DNA from: Bacteroidota bacterium
Lineage (GTDB): Bacteria; Bacteroidota; Bacteroidia; Chitinophagales; Chitinophagaceae
Length of the DNA: 42,413 bases
Direction of reading: 5' to 3'
NCBI GenBank assembly: GCA_048498595.1
Contig: JBEHXR010000001.1
Span: 1-42,413 of the forward strand
Positions within the stretch are counted from its first letter, which is position 1. Each line of letters opens with the position of its first letter. The position numbers and the translations under genes were made by a program. Of the stretch, positions 28,663 to 36,087 are shown one piece after another. The notes beneath the pieces are model-generated. The model did not search any database, was not told where the DNA came from, and worked only from the letters and a program-made list of their open reading frames with translations.

Positions 28663-29760
28663 ATGAGATCTTTTTTCAAATTCATTTATAGATTACTCTG
28701 CTTAATTGTTCTTCTTGCATATATTATTTCCTGCTTCACGCAATTTATTCATCCAACGCAATTTTCTTTTATAGCGCTTTTCTCGCTTGCGTTTCCATAT
28801 TTGTTTTTATTGATGATTGCTCTAATCATCTTTTCTTTTTTTGTAAATAAGCGCATGGCATTTTTTTTATTGATTTGTTTGTTGTGCGGATATAAAAATC
28901 TAAGCACATCTTTCGCATTTAATTTTTCTTCACAGTGGAATGCACAAAAACAAGATTCATCATTAAGAATAATGACATGGAATGTTGAAGACTTCGTGAA
29001 CTTATTATATGGATCTGAAGTGCGTGCAGAAATGCTTAATCTCATCACCCAAAATAACCCCGATGTTTTATGTGTGCAGGAATTTACAGAAGTGGAAGGC
29101 GCAAAGTGGAGGGCTTCTGTAAGAAAAGAATTGGATTCAATGGGATATAAATATTGTTTGCTCTCGAAAGATCAGAGCTGGTCAAGTTCAATTGAAAGAA
29201 ATACAACACGCGGCACAGCAATTTTTTCAAAGCTTCCTTTTTTAGATAGTTGCCGCTTTAATGTGCGCAAACATGAGATGAATGAAAACGCGGTTTATGC
29301 AACTGTTCTTTTTAATAATAAGCCTTTGCGCATTTATACTACACATCTTGCATCATTCCAAATTTACAGAGACACTACCAATGCAAACAAAGACATTTAT
29401 AAAATTACTTACGATCGCAAACGTGCTGTTGAATACAGGTTACGCGAAACAGAAATAGCACATGAGCGTGAAGTGAAAATAATTCGCGATTCTATTTCTA
29501 AATCACCTTACCCTGTTATCTATTGCGGCGATATGAACAGCACACCATGTTCTTACAACTACCGCATGTTGAAAAATAATTTGCAGGATGCCTTTCTTAC
29601 AAAAGGTTTTGGCATTGGGGCAACATTTTATAAAATTCTTCCCACCCTTCGTATTGATGTTTGTTTAGTCGATCCAAAATTTAAAATAGATCAGTGTACG
29701 GTGGTAAAACGCAAACTTTCGGATCATTATCCCGTAGTTACAGACATAGGCTGGAAATAA
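28663..29760 (+). CDS. Membrane-anchored endonuclease/exonuclease/phosphatase (EEP) family protein
   Basis: Three N-terminal TM helices; MTWNV, CVQE, THLAS, CGDMN, RID and SDH. Confidence 0.88.
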   Translation: MRSFFKFIYRLLCLIVLLAYIISCFTQFIHPTQFSFIALFSLAFPYLFLLMIALIIFSFFVNKRMAFFLLICLLCGYKNLSTSFAFNFSSQWNAQKQDSSLRIMTWNVEDFVNLLYGSEVRAEMLNLITQNNPDVLCVQEFTEVEGAKWRASVRKELDSMGYKYCLLSKDQSWSSSIERNTTRGTAIFSKLPFLDSCRFNVRKHEMNENAVYATVLFNNKPLRIYTTHLASFQIYRDTTNANKDIYKITYDRKRAVEYRLRETEIAHEREVKIIRDSISKSPYPVIYCGDMNSTPCSYNYRMLKNNLQDAFLTKGFGIGATFYKILPTLRIDVCLVDPKFKIDQCTVVKRKLSDHYPVVTDIGWK

Positions 29761-29785
29761 ATTTCATTGCTATTCGTTATTTTTA

Positions 29786-30907
29786 ATGATGGCAGTAAGC
29801 ATGATTCGCAGCACAATAAAAAGCATTTTGCTTGTTGTTACTGTTACGGTTTGTTTTTTATACATGCTAAGTGTTATAACGCCCTATTTAAACCCGCAAC
29901 ATTGGTGGCTGGTTGGTTTTCTTGGTTTAATGTTCCCATACCTTTTTTTTATTTTGCTGTTTACTTTTTTCTTTTGGCTGATGGTTAAGCCAAGGCTTGC
30001 ACTGCTTCCTTTTTTTATATTGATATTTGGTGCAAAACAAATTGCTGTAACATTCGCTGCACATTTTAACAGTACAGATTTAGCAAATAAACCTGCCGGC
30101 ACTTTTCGCATTGTAAGCTGGAATGTTGCAAACATGTATGGCTTAAGCAACGACAGAGAAATTAAACAGCATAACCGAACAGAGCTTGCACAAAGCATTC
30201 TGGATTTACAACCAGATATTATTTGTCTGCAGGAATTTAATCATTCCTACACGCAGGGAGAAGGCGCCGATAACATTGGTTTGTTTAGCAAACAATATCC
30301 AAATTATTTTTATTCAAAAGATTTTAATAAAGAGAATGGATATTATACTTCCGGCTCTATCGTGTTTTCAAAATATCCGATTATAGATTCAGGCAAATTT
30401 GATTACCCCGGAAATTTTACAGGCAGCTTAATTTATATTGATGTGAAAGTGCATGATGATACGGTAAGAATTTTTACAACGCATCTTCAATCCTTTGGTT
30501 TTAATAATGCAGATTATGCTGAGATAAATAAAATAAAACAGCGCGATGAAAAATCAATTGAAGCTTCGAAAAATATTTTTAAAAAAATGAAGAATGCCTT
30601 TACCAATCGCGGTGTACAGGCAGATATAGTGCGGGAACAAACGGATGTATGTAAGTACGCTTCTGTTGTGTGCGGCGATTTTAATGATGTGCCAAGTTCT
30701 TACACATATTTTCATATTCGCAATCTTCGCCAGGATGCATTTTTGAAAAAAGGATTGGGTGTTGGCAAAACATACAGCTCATTAGCGCCAATGTTGCGCA
30801 TTGATTATATTCTGCCTGATACTTCATTCAGCATTCAGCAATTTGGAATGATTGATGAAAATTTAAGCGACCATGCAATGCTGGTGAGTGATTTAAAATT
30901 GAAATAA
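29786..30907 (+). CDS. Membrane-anchored EEP family protein (second tandem paralog)
   Basis: Three N-terminal TM helices; VSWNV, CLQE, THLQS, CGDFN, RIDY and SDH. Exact start uncertain. Confidence 0.88.
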   Translation: MMAVSMIRSTIKSILLVVTVTVCFLYMLSVITPYLNPQHWWLVGFLGLMFPYLFFILLFTFFFWLMVKPRLALLPFFILIFGAKQIAVTFAAHFNSTDLANKPAGTFRIVSWNVANMYGLSNDREIKQHNRTELAQSILDLQPDIICLQEFNHSYTQGEGADNIGLFSKQYPNYFYSKDFNKENGYYTSGSIVFSKYPIIDSGKFDYPGNFTGSLIYIDVKVHDDTVRIFTTHLQSFGFNNADYAEINKIKQRDEKSIEASKNIFKKMKNAFTNRGVQADIVREQTDVCKYASVVCGDFNDVPSSYTYFHIRNLRQDAFLKKGLGVGKTYSSLAPMLRIDYILPDTSFSIQQFGMIDENLSDHAMLVSDLKLK

Positions 30908-30910
30908 GAT

Positions 30911-31213
30911 TTAAAGTTTTGCGCCTTTAATTAAAATTGAAGTTTTTATCGATTGCTCTTTTAAATGCAGAATTTTTTTTCGCTCTTCATCCTTCATGAA
31001 ATTTTCAAAATCAGATTCGTTCTCAAATTCTACAAAGTGAACTTCGTAAGGCTTATCTATTGAATGTTCAATAAAAGAATTTTCTGTTGGTCTTATGCGC
31101 AGTAATAACTTGCCGTTATATTTTGAGATTAATGGAATCGCAATATCTTCAAAAGAATGAAACACTTCTTCCTGCCCTTCTTTTATGTAAATGAGTTGAG
31201 TGAAGTAAAGCAT
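30911..31213 (-). CDS. DUF1330-like small alpha/beta protein
   Basis: KYNGKLL, VEFE..F..F..D.ER pattern; 8 bp downstream of the TauE gene. Confidence 0.65.
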   Translation of the reverse strand: MLYFTQLIYIKEGQEEVFHSFEDIAIPLISKYNGKLLLRIRPTENSFIEHSIDKPYEVHFVEFENESDFENFMKDEERKKILHLKEQSIKTSILIKGAKL

Positions 31214-31221
31214 GCTCTAAA

Positions 31222-32010
31222 TTACCGTAACCAAATTTCTTTTACAATAATATAAATACCCATTGCTAAAACAAACCAGCCGAAACCTGTTTTCAATTTT
31301 GCACCATTAATTCTTTTGCCCAACATTCCTCCAACAAAAACACCGGCAATTGCAATAAATGAAACGATAAATAAAAATGACCAGTCTATTTTAAAATGAC
31401 CTGTATCACCAATAAAACCAGCGAGTGAGTTTAATGCAATAATTAGAAGTGATGTACCGATTGCTTTTTTCATGGGCAAATGCAACAGCAACACTAATGC
31501 AGGTATTAAAAGAAAACCACCGCCTGCGCCAAGAAATCCTGTAACCAAACCAATGCTAACACCATATAAAATTAGTTTACCAAGGTTTGTTTTCTTTTCT
31601 TCATCAACAGTAATTGTGTGTTTGCTTCTTATCATGCTGATAGAGGCAACTAACATCAGCAAAGCAAATAACACCATCGTAAGAATTGAAAAATGCATGA
31701 TGATATTTCCAACATGAATATCTTCAGGTATGCGCGGAATAATAATTTTTCTTGTGATAAAAACAGTAATGATAGATGTAACGCCAAACAACAAAGCAGT
31801 TTTAAAATCAACCAAACCTGCGCGCCAGCTATTAAATGAACCAATTAAACTGGTGGAACCAACAACGAACAGAGAATAAGACGTAGCAAGAATCGGGGAA
31901 ACGCCAAACAAATAAACTAAAACAGGAACGGTAAGTATGGAGCCGCCGCCGCCAATTAAGCCTAATGAAACGCCAATAAATAATGCTGCGATGTAGCCTG
32001 CTATTTGCAT
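31222..32010 (-). CDS. TauE/SafE (TSUP) sulfite/thiosulfate exporter
   Basis: Two repeats GLIGGGGSIL and GFLGAGGGFL; AIGTSL; about 8 TM helices. Confidence 0.9.
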   Translation of the reverse strand: MQIAGYIAALFIGVSLGLIGGGGSILTVPVLVYLFGVSPILATSYSLFVVGSTSLIGSFNSWRAGLVDFKTALLFGVTSIITVFITRKIIIPRIPEDIHVGNIIMHFSILTMVLFALLMLVASISMIRSKHTITVDEEKKTNLGKLILYGVSIGLVTGFLGAGGGFLLIPALVLLLHLPMKKAIGTSLLIIALNSLAGFIGDTGHFKIDWSFLFIVSFIAIAGVFVGGMLGKRINGAKLKTGFGWFVLAMGIYIIVKEIWLR

Positions 32011-32014
32011 GTTG

Positions 32015-32059
32015 CAAAATTGTTTTTATGTTTCGGCTTTAAATGTGATGTTCGTCACA
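32015..32059 (-). promoter_or_regulatory. Crp/Fnr box plus -7 element of the tauE promoter
   Basis: Minus strand TGTGA-cgaaca-TCACA (32059-32044), 21 bp spacer, CAATTTTG (32022-32015), 4 nt, ATG. Confidence 0.75.
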
Positions 32060-32699
32060 CAGCAACATTTACTTCTCCCTGCCATTCAATAGAATTGCGA
32101 TGCAGGATAAGGAAATGTTTGGCTTCCATCTTTTTTAATAAGCGGCTGATTACTTCACGCGAAGAATTTAAATCATTTGCAATTTCCTGGTGTGTAAGCT
32201 TAAGGTTTGTTCCAAATTGTGCTACTTGTCTTTTCAAATAAAATTCAAGCCGCTCATCCATGCTTGAAAATGCGATGGCATCAATGGTTCTCAGCAATTC
32301 TTCAAAACGGTTGCGATAAGAAGTGATTACAAACTGGTACCAGCTTTTATATGTCTGCATCCATTTATCCATATATTCAAGCGGTATGCTTAACACAACA
32401 ACATTGGTTAATGCTTTTGCCAACACTTCGCTTGTTTGATGTTTCATTGAGCAAACCAGCGATAATGAACACGCCTGTCCTGCCTGCAGGTTATAAATAA
32501 AAAATTCGTTGCCTTCATCATCTTCGCGATACAACTTTACAAACCCTTCCAGAATTAACATTGTTGAACGGATGGTTTGACCAACGCGTAATAATGTTTC
32601 GCCCGCTTTTACTTTTTTTATATCACCATGCTCCAGCAGCTCTTCATATAATTCGTTTTCAAGACCAGGAAAAAGTTGCTGCAGTGATTGTTTATTCAT
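32055..32699 (-). CDS. Crp/Fnr-family transcriptional regulator
   Basis: cNMP-like domain (ILEGFVKLYREDDEG) and HTH THQEIANDLNSSREVISRLLK. Confidence 0.93.
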   Translation of the reverse strand: MNKQSLQQLFPGLENELYEELLEHGDIKKVKAGETLLRVGQTIRSTMLILEGFVKLYREDDEGNEFFIYNLQAGQACSLSLVCSMKHQTSEVLAKALTNVVVLSIPLEYMDKWMQTYKSWYQFVITSYRNRFEELLRTIDAIAFSSMDERLEFYLKRQVAQFGTNLKLTHQEIANDLNSSREVISRLLKKMEAKHFLILHRNSIEWQGEVNVAV

Positions 32700-32715
32700 G
32701 TAATGAAAATTATTT

Positions 32716-32744
32716 CAAAGTTATACACTCAAAGGCAACACAAA
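32716..32744 (-). promoter_or_regulatory. Consensus Bacteroidota promoter of the Crp/Fnr gene
   Basis: Minus strand TTTG (32744-32741), 17 bp spacer, perfect TAACTTTG (32723-32716). Confidence 0.6.
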
Positions 32745-32769
32745 TACAATAATAAGATTGGTTGATTAT

Positions 32770-33047
32770 TTACATTTTGCCTTGTAAAATTTTATGCCAA
32801 TACAACCATGGTAATACATGTCGCTTTAATTGATACATGCTCCATCTTTCTTTGCTTTGATCAAATGGAAATGTTTCTGTTGGCTTATTGTTGTAATCAA
32901 ATTCGCACAATACAAGTTTACCATAACCTGTAACAACAGGGCAGCTTGTATAGCCATTGTAAGAGGCTTTAAGTTTTTCACCTTTTATAAGTGATAATAA
33001 ATTTTCAACTAACACAGGCGCTTATTGCGAATTGCTGCATATAGCAT
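32770..33047 (-). pseudogene. sqr: Remnant of sulfide:quinone oxidoreductase (C-terminal ~90 codons)
   Basis: YNGYTSCPVVTGYGKLVLCEFDY..PFDQSKERWSMY.LK..LPWLYW matches the SQR C-terminus. Upstream GCA GCA ATT CGC AA TAA GCG CCT GTG is a decayed AAIRKQAPV. The N-terminal FAD-binding domain is absent. Confidence 0.8.
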
Positions 33048-33064
33048 AAAAATATTTTATGCTA
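33042..33064. repeat. Perfect 10-bp inverted repeat at the sqr break point
   Basis: TAGCATAAAA-ata-TTTTATGCTA. Confidence 0.7.
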
Positions 33065-33106
33065 ACCTACTTTTGATCATCAATTTGTATGGTAACTAAA
33101 ATCACA
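33062..33106 (-). promoter_or_regulatory. Crp/Fnr box plus -7 element of the sqr-remnant promoter
   Basis: Minus strand TGTGA-ttttag-TTACC (33106-33091), 21 bp spacer, TAGGTTAG (33069-33062). Confidence 0.62.
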
Positions 33107-33189
33107 AGCGCAGGAAATTTAAATCATGCTTTTAGAAGAATTATGAAGTAAGAATTACAGATATGTAAGCGAAAACTTTTATGAAGGAG

Positions 33190-33654
33190 TTACGGCTTTA
33201 CAACGCCCCAGCCTTGCGCCTGGCGAATAATAAGCTCTCCATTCGCACTTGGAACAACGCCAATAAAATTGTAAATGCTATCGCGGCTAATTTTTCTTTC
33301 GCGCAACGTGTTGTTGCATTGTGCAACAATTACTCCCTGTTCAACCAACGACTTTAACTGATCTCCATATTTACTGTCTTTGAAATAAGCATCGGTGCCG
33401 CCGGCAAAAGCAATTAATTCAATATGCACCTTACCTTTTAATCTTTCATCGTTTAATGCGTTTTGAATATTTCTTAAAGCCTTTTCAATAACTTTTGGAT
33501 CATTATTGTCTAACTGGTAAATGGCATAATAATCTTTTTTATCTGCAACAGCGCCTGTAAAATTTCGATTCTTGTTTAACAGATCATCATTGGTTTGTGC
33601 ATGCACTGAAGAAAAAATAATACTTGTAAAAAGAAGGGCAAATAACTTTTTCAT
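33190..33654 (-). CDS. Exported DsrE/DsrF-like protein
   Basis: Signal peptide ending in VHAQ; LRNIQNAL, IELIAFAGG, conserved-Cys segment VAQCNNTL and VVPSANGELI..QAQGW..VKP. Confidence 0.78.
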   Translation of the reverse strand: MKKLFALLFTSIIFSSVHAQTNDDLLNKNRNFTGAVADKKDYYAIYQLDNNDPKVIEKALRNIQNALNDERLKGKVHIELIAFAGGTDAYFKDSKYGDQLKSLVEQGVIVAQCNNTLRERKISRDSIYNFIGVVPSANGELIIRQAQGWGVVKP

Positions 33655-33656
33655 AT

Positions 33657-34652
33657 TTATTGATTTTGTTTTTGAGCATTTTTAATTGAAAGAAATGGCC
33701 CGTATTTATGTTGTGTTTCTGAAAACGAATCTGCGTATGGGCCAAAAGGAAAATCAATGGGCTTTTTAAAAATATTTTTCCAATCATTACTTTGATCTTT
33801 ATGTGGGCGGGGTTGGCTGTTAACAAATGCAGCCACATTCCACGCTTCTTCATCTGAAAGTTTTGGATGATGATAATCTGTTCCGAAAGGCATATTGTTT
33901 TTTACAAATGACGCAAAAGTGCTTATGCGATATAACCCTGCACCATCATTGTAACTGTTATCTCCCCATAAAGGCGGGTAAACATATTCGTTTCCATCTG
34001 TATTTAACTTGCCTTGTCCATCGTTTCCATGACATGGAGTGCAATTGTTTATAAAAACTGTTTTGCCCTTTTCAACGCTTGCCGCAGTATTCATGTATTG
34101 CAATTTCATATCTGTTGTGCCGCCACGTACATCACCTTTCGGAACACTTTTATCCAGCCATTGTATGTATGCATAAATCGCCTGCATTTCTTTTGATGTT
34201 GTGTCTAATGCTTTTCCATTCAGGCTTCGTTCAAAACAATCATTCACTCTTTCATATATTGTTTGTATGGTGTTACTGCGTGCTTTGTATTGAGGATAAG
34301 TGGCAAAGGTTTTCCCAAAATTTAGCGCGTAAGGCAGCATGCCGCCATCTAAATGACAATTCTGGCAATTCATTCCATTACTTATATGCGCAACAATTCC
34401 TTTTGGCCCGAGATAAACTGATGTGTGAGCAATCAACGCATAACCGTATGAAATTAATTTACCGCTGTCTGTATAATATGGAATTTGATATATGCCCGGT
34501 CCGCGCCAAACAGTATCTGCAGGTTCCGACTGTAAATAAGATTGAAATTTTTTTTCTGCTGTTACAGAAGTTTTATGCATACTAATAACGCCATTGATTA
34601 CAACAATAGCAATAACCAGAAGTAGTATTATGAGAATCCAGTTTGATTTCAT
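33657..34652 (-). CDS. tsdA: Diheme c-type cytochrome, TsdA-like thiosulfate dehydrogenase/tetrathionate reductase
   Basis: Two CxxCH motifs (CQNCH, CTPCH), ERVNDCFERSLNG with the active-site Cys, YPPLWG..SYNDGAG and KNNMP (heme-2 Met). N-terminal anchor; start at ATG 34652. Confidence 0.78.
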   Translation of the reverse strand: MKSNWILIILLLVIAIVVINGVISMHKTSVTAEKKFQSYLQSEPADTVWRGPGIYQIPYYTDSGKLISYGYALIAHTSVYLGPKGIVAHISNGMNCQNCHLDGGMLPYALNFGKTFATYPQYKARSNTIQTIYERVNDCFERSLNGKALDTTSKEMQAIYAYIQWLDKSVPKGDVRGGTTDMKLQYMNTAASVEKGKTVFINNCTPCHGNDGQGKLNTDGNEYVYPPLWGDNSYNDGAGLYRISTFASFVKNNMPFGTDYHHPKLSDEEAWNVAAFVNSQPRPHKDQSNDWKNIFKKPIDFPFGPYADSFSETQHKYGPFLSIKNAQKQNQ

Positions 34653-34702
34653 TTTAAACCTGCATAACAAATAATCTTATTTTAAGGTAGCATTTTCGCT
34701 GA

Positions 34703-35290
34703 TCATTCTTTAACCAAATCCTGTATTTGTTTTAAAAAAGATTGAGCATCATAGTTCGCAATACCTTCATGATGCAATCTTATTCTTCCTTGTTTGTCGA
34801 TGATAAGCGTAGTTGGTAACGAACCTTTAAAAATATCATCCGGCACTTCTTCTCCACGAATGTATAAAGGAATAGTGTATTGACTTTTTCTTAGGAAATC
34901 TTTCGCCATTTCAAGATCGTCATCTTCATTTATCGTAAGAAAAAAAATATTCTTATTGTTTTTGTATTGATTGTAAAATTTGCCAATCGCAGGCAGCTCC
35001 GCTCTACATGGCGGGCACCAGGTTGCCCAAAAATTTACAAACACAACTTTTCCTTTTAATGATGATGTATTGAACTTATTTCCGTGTGCATCATAAAAAC
35101 TAAAAGCGGGTGCATCTTTAAGATCGTTATTATTTTTTTCAATTGAAGTGGAATTAAAAACTCCTATAGAAATAAACTGTTTTAATACCCATGCTTTTGC
35201 ATTGTTGTTAAATAAGAAAACTAATATCAATGCAACAAAAAGATAATTGCTCCAATTTGTTTTAAACCATTCGTTGCTAAACCATTTCAT
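34703..35290 (-). CDS. TlpA-family membrane-anchored thiol:disulfide reductase
   Basis: N-terminal TM helix, VNFWATWCPPCRAE and LPTTLIIDKQG. Confidence 0.9.
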   Translation of the reverse strand: MKWFSNEWFKTNWSNYLFVALILVFLFNNNAKAWVLKQFISIGVFNSTSIEKNNNDLKDAPAFSFYDAHGNKFNTSSLKGKVVFVNFWATWCPPCRAELPAIGKFYNQYKNNKNIFFLTINEDDDLEMAKDFLRKSQYTIPLYIRGEEVPDDIFKGSLPTTLIIDKQGRIRLHHEGIANYDAQSFLKQIQDLVKE

Positions 35291-35398
35291 GTGTATTGAT
35301 GTTCGTTTGTAAAATTAGTACAGCATTTATCTATATGTGCATAATACAGCTCATACAAAAAAATTTGCACAAATCTAATTAGCAATATCAAGGCGTTA

Positions 35399-35443
35399 AG
35401 TGATGTATGTCACCCTTAAAAATAGCAGTGATGGCGAGCTTTG
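35399..35443 (+). promoter_or_regulatory. Crp/Fnr box plus -7 element of the DUF2892 promoter
   Basis: AGTGA-tgtatg-TCACC (35399-35414), 21 bp spacer, GAGCTTTG (35436-35443). Confidence 0.65.
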
Positions 35444-35457
35444 GGCAAAACATTATT

Positions 35458-35679
35458 ATGAAAAAGAATATGGGCGCAGCAGATCGCATTTTGCGCATTC
35501 TAATAGCGATTGTTATCGGGATTCTTTATTTTACACATGTTGTAACAGGCACACTGGGTATTGTTCTAATGGTGATTGCCGCAATTTTTTTGCTTACAAG
35601 TATTATAAGCGTTTGTCCTTTGTATAGCATGCTTGGCATCAGCACTTGTCCGCGCAAGCAGCGTAATAAAACTGTTTAA
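35458..35679 (+). CDS. DUF2892 (YgaP-like) small membrane protein
   Basis: MKKNMG.ADRILR, two TM helices and the CPLY..LGISTC signature; start re-assigned to ATG 35458. Confidence 0.88.
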   Translation: MKKNMGAADRILRILIAIVIGILYFTHVVTGTLGIVLMVIAAIFLLTSIISVCPLYSMLGISTCPRKQRNKTV

Positions 35680-35695
35680 AGCTATCGCTATATTA

Positions 35696-35731
35696 AAAAA
35701 AGAAGGCAGTCTAATTAAAGACTGCCTTTCT
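35696..35731. terminator. Terminator between the convergent DUF2892 and rhodanese genes (stronger on the minus strand)
   Basis: AAGGCAGTCT-aattaa-AGACTGCCTT (35703-35728) with an A-run on the left and a pyrimidine run on the right. Confidence 0.8.
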
Positions 35732-35749
35732 CTACACAACATCACCTTA

Positions 35750-36058
35750 TCAAACTGCCTCTTTTAAATTTTGCCAGGCACCACCGTTGCATGCATCTAT
35801 TCCGGCAGCTACAAGCATGTTTTTCGCTGTCATACTTCTTGCGCCACTGCGGCAAACAGTAATTATTTTTTTATTCAGCTTTTTTAGTTCGGCAATCTTT
35901 GATGATAATGTATCAAGCGGAATATTTCTTGAACCGGGAAGATGACCGCTTTTAAATTCGTGCGGTGTGCGTACATCAACAACCAATGCACCTTCATCAA
36001 TGATCGCTTTCATGTTGTGTGATGGTTTTTCAAATAATGATTTAAGTTTTTCAAACAT
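35750..36058 (-). CDS. Single-domain rhodanese (sulfurtransferase)
   Basis: VDVRTPHEFKSGHLPGS.NIPL and active loop CRSGARS. Confidence 0.92.
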   Translation of the reverse strand: MFEKLKSLFEKPSHNMKAIIDEGALVVDVRTPHEFKSGHLPGSRNIPLDTLSSKIAELKKLNKKIITVCRSGARSMTAKNMLVAAGIDACNGGAWQNLKEAV

Positions 36059-36087
36059 ATAATTGTATTTATTTTTTATAAAAAGAT

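Noticed and set aside
33021-33030. Programmed frameshift or stop read-through rescuing sqr
   Set aside because: No slippery site or SECIS-like structure, and the N-terminal FAD domain is physically missing, so recoding could not restore the enzyme.
33657-34652. Cytochrome as SoxA of a Sox pathway
   Set aside because: No soxX, Y, Z, B, C or D in the window, and the PPLWG/GAG/NMP second heme domain fits TsdA better.
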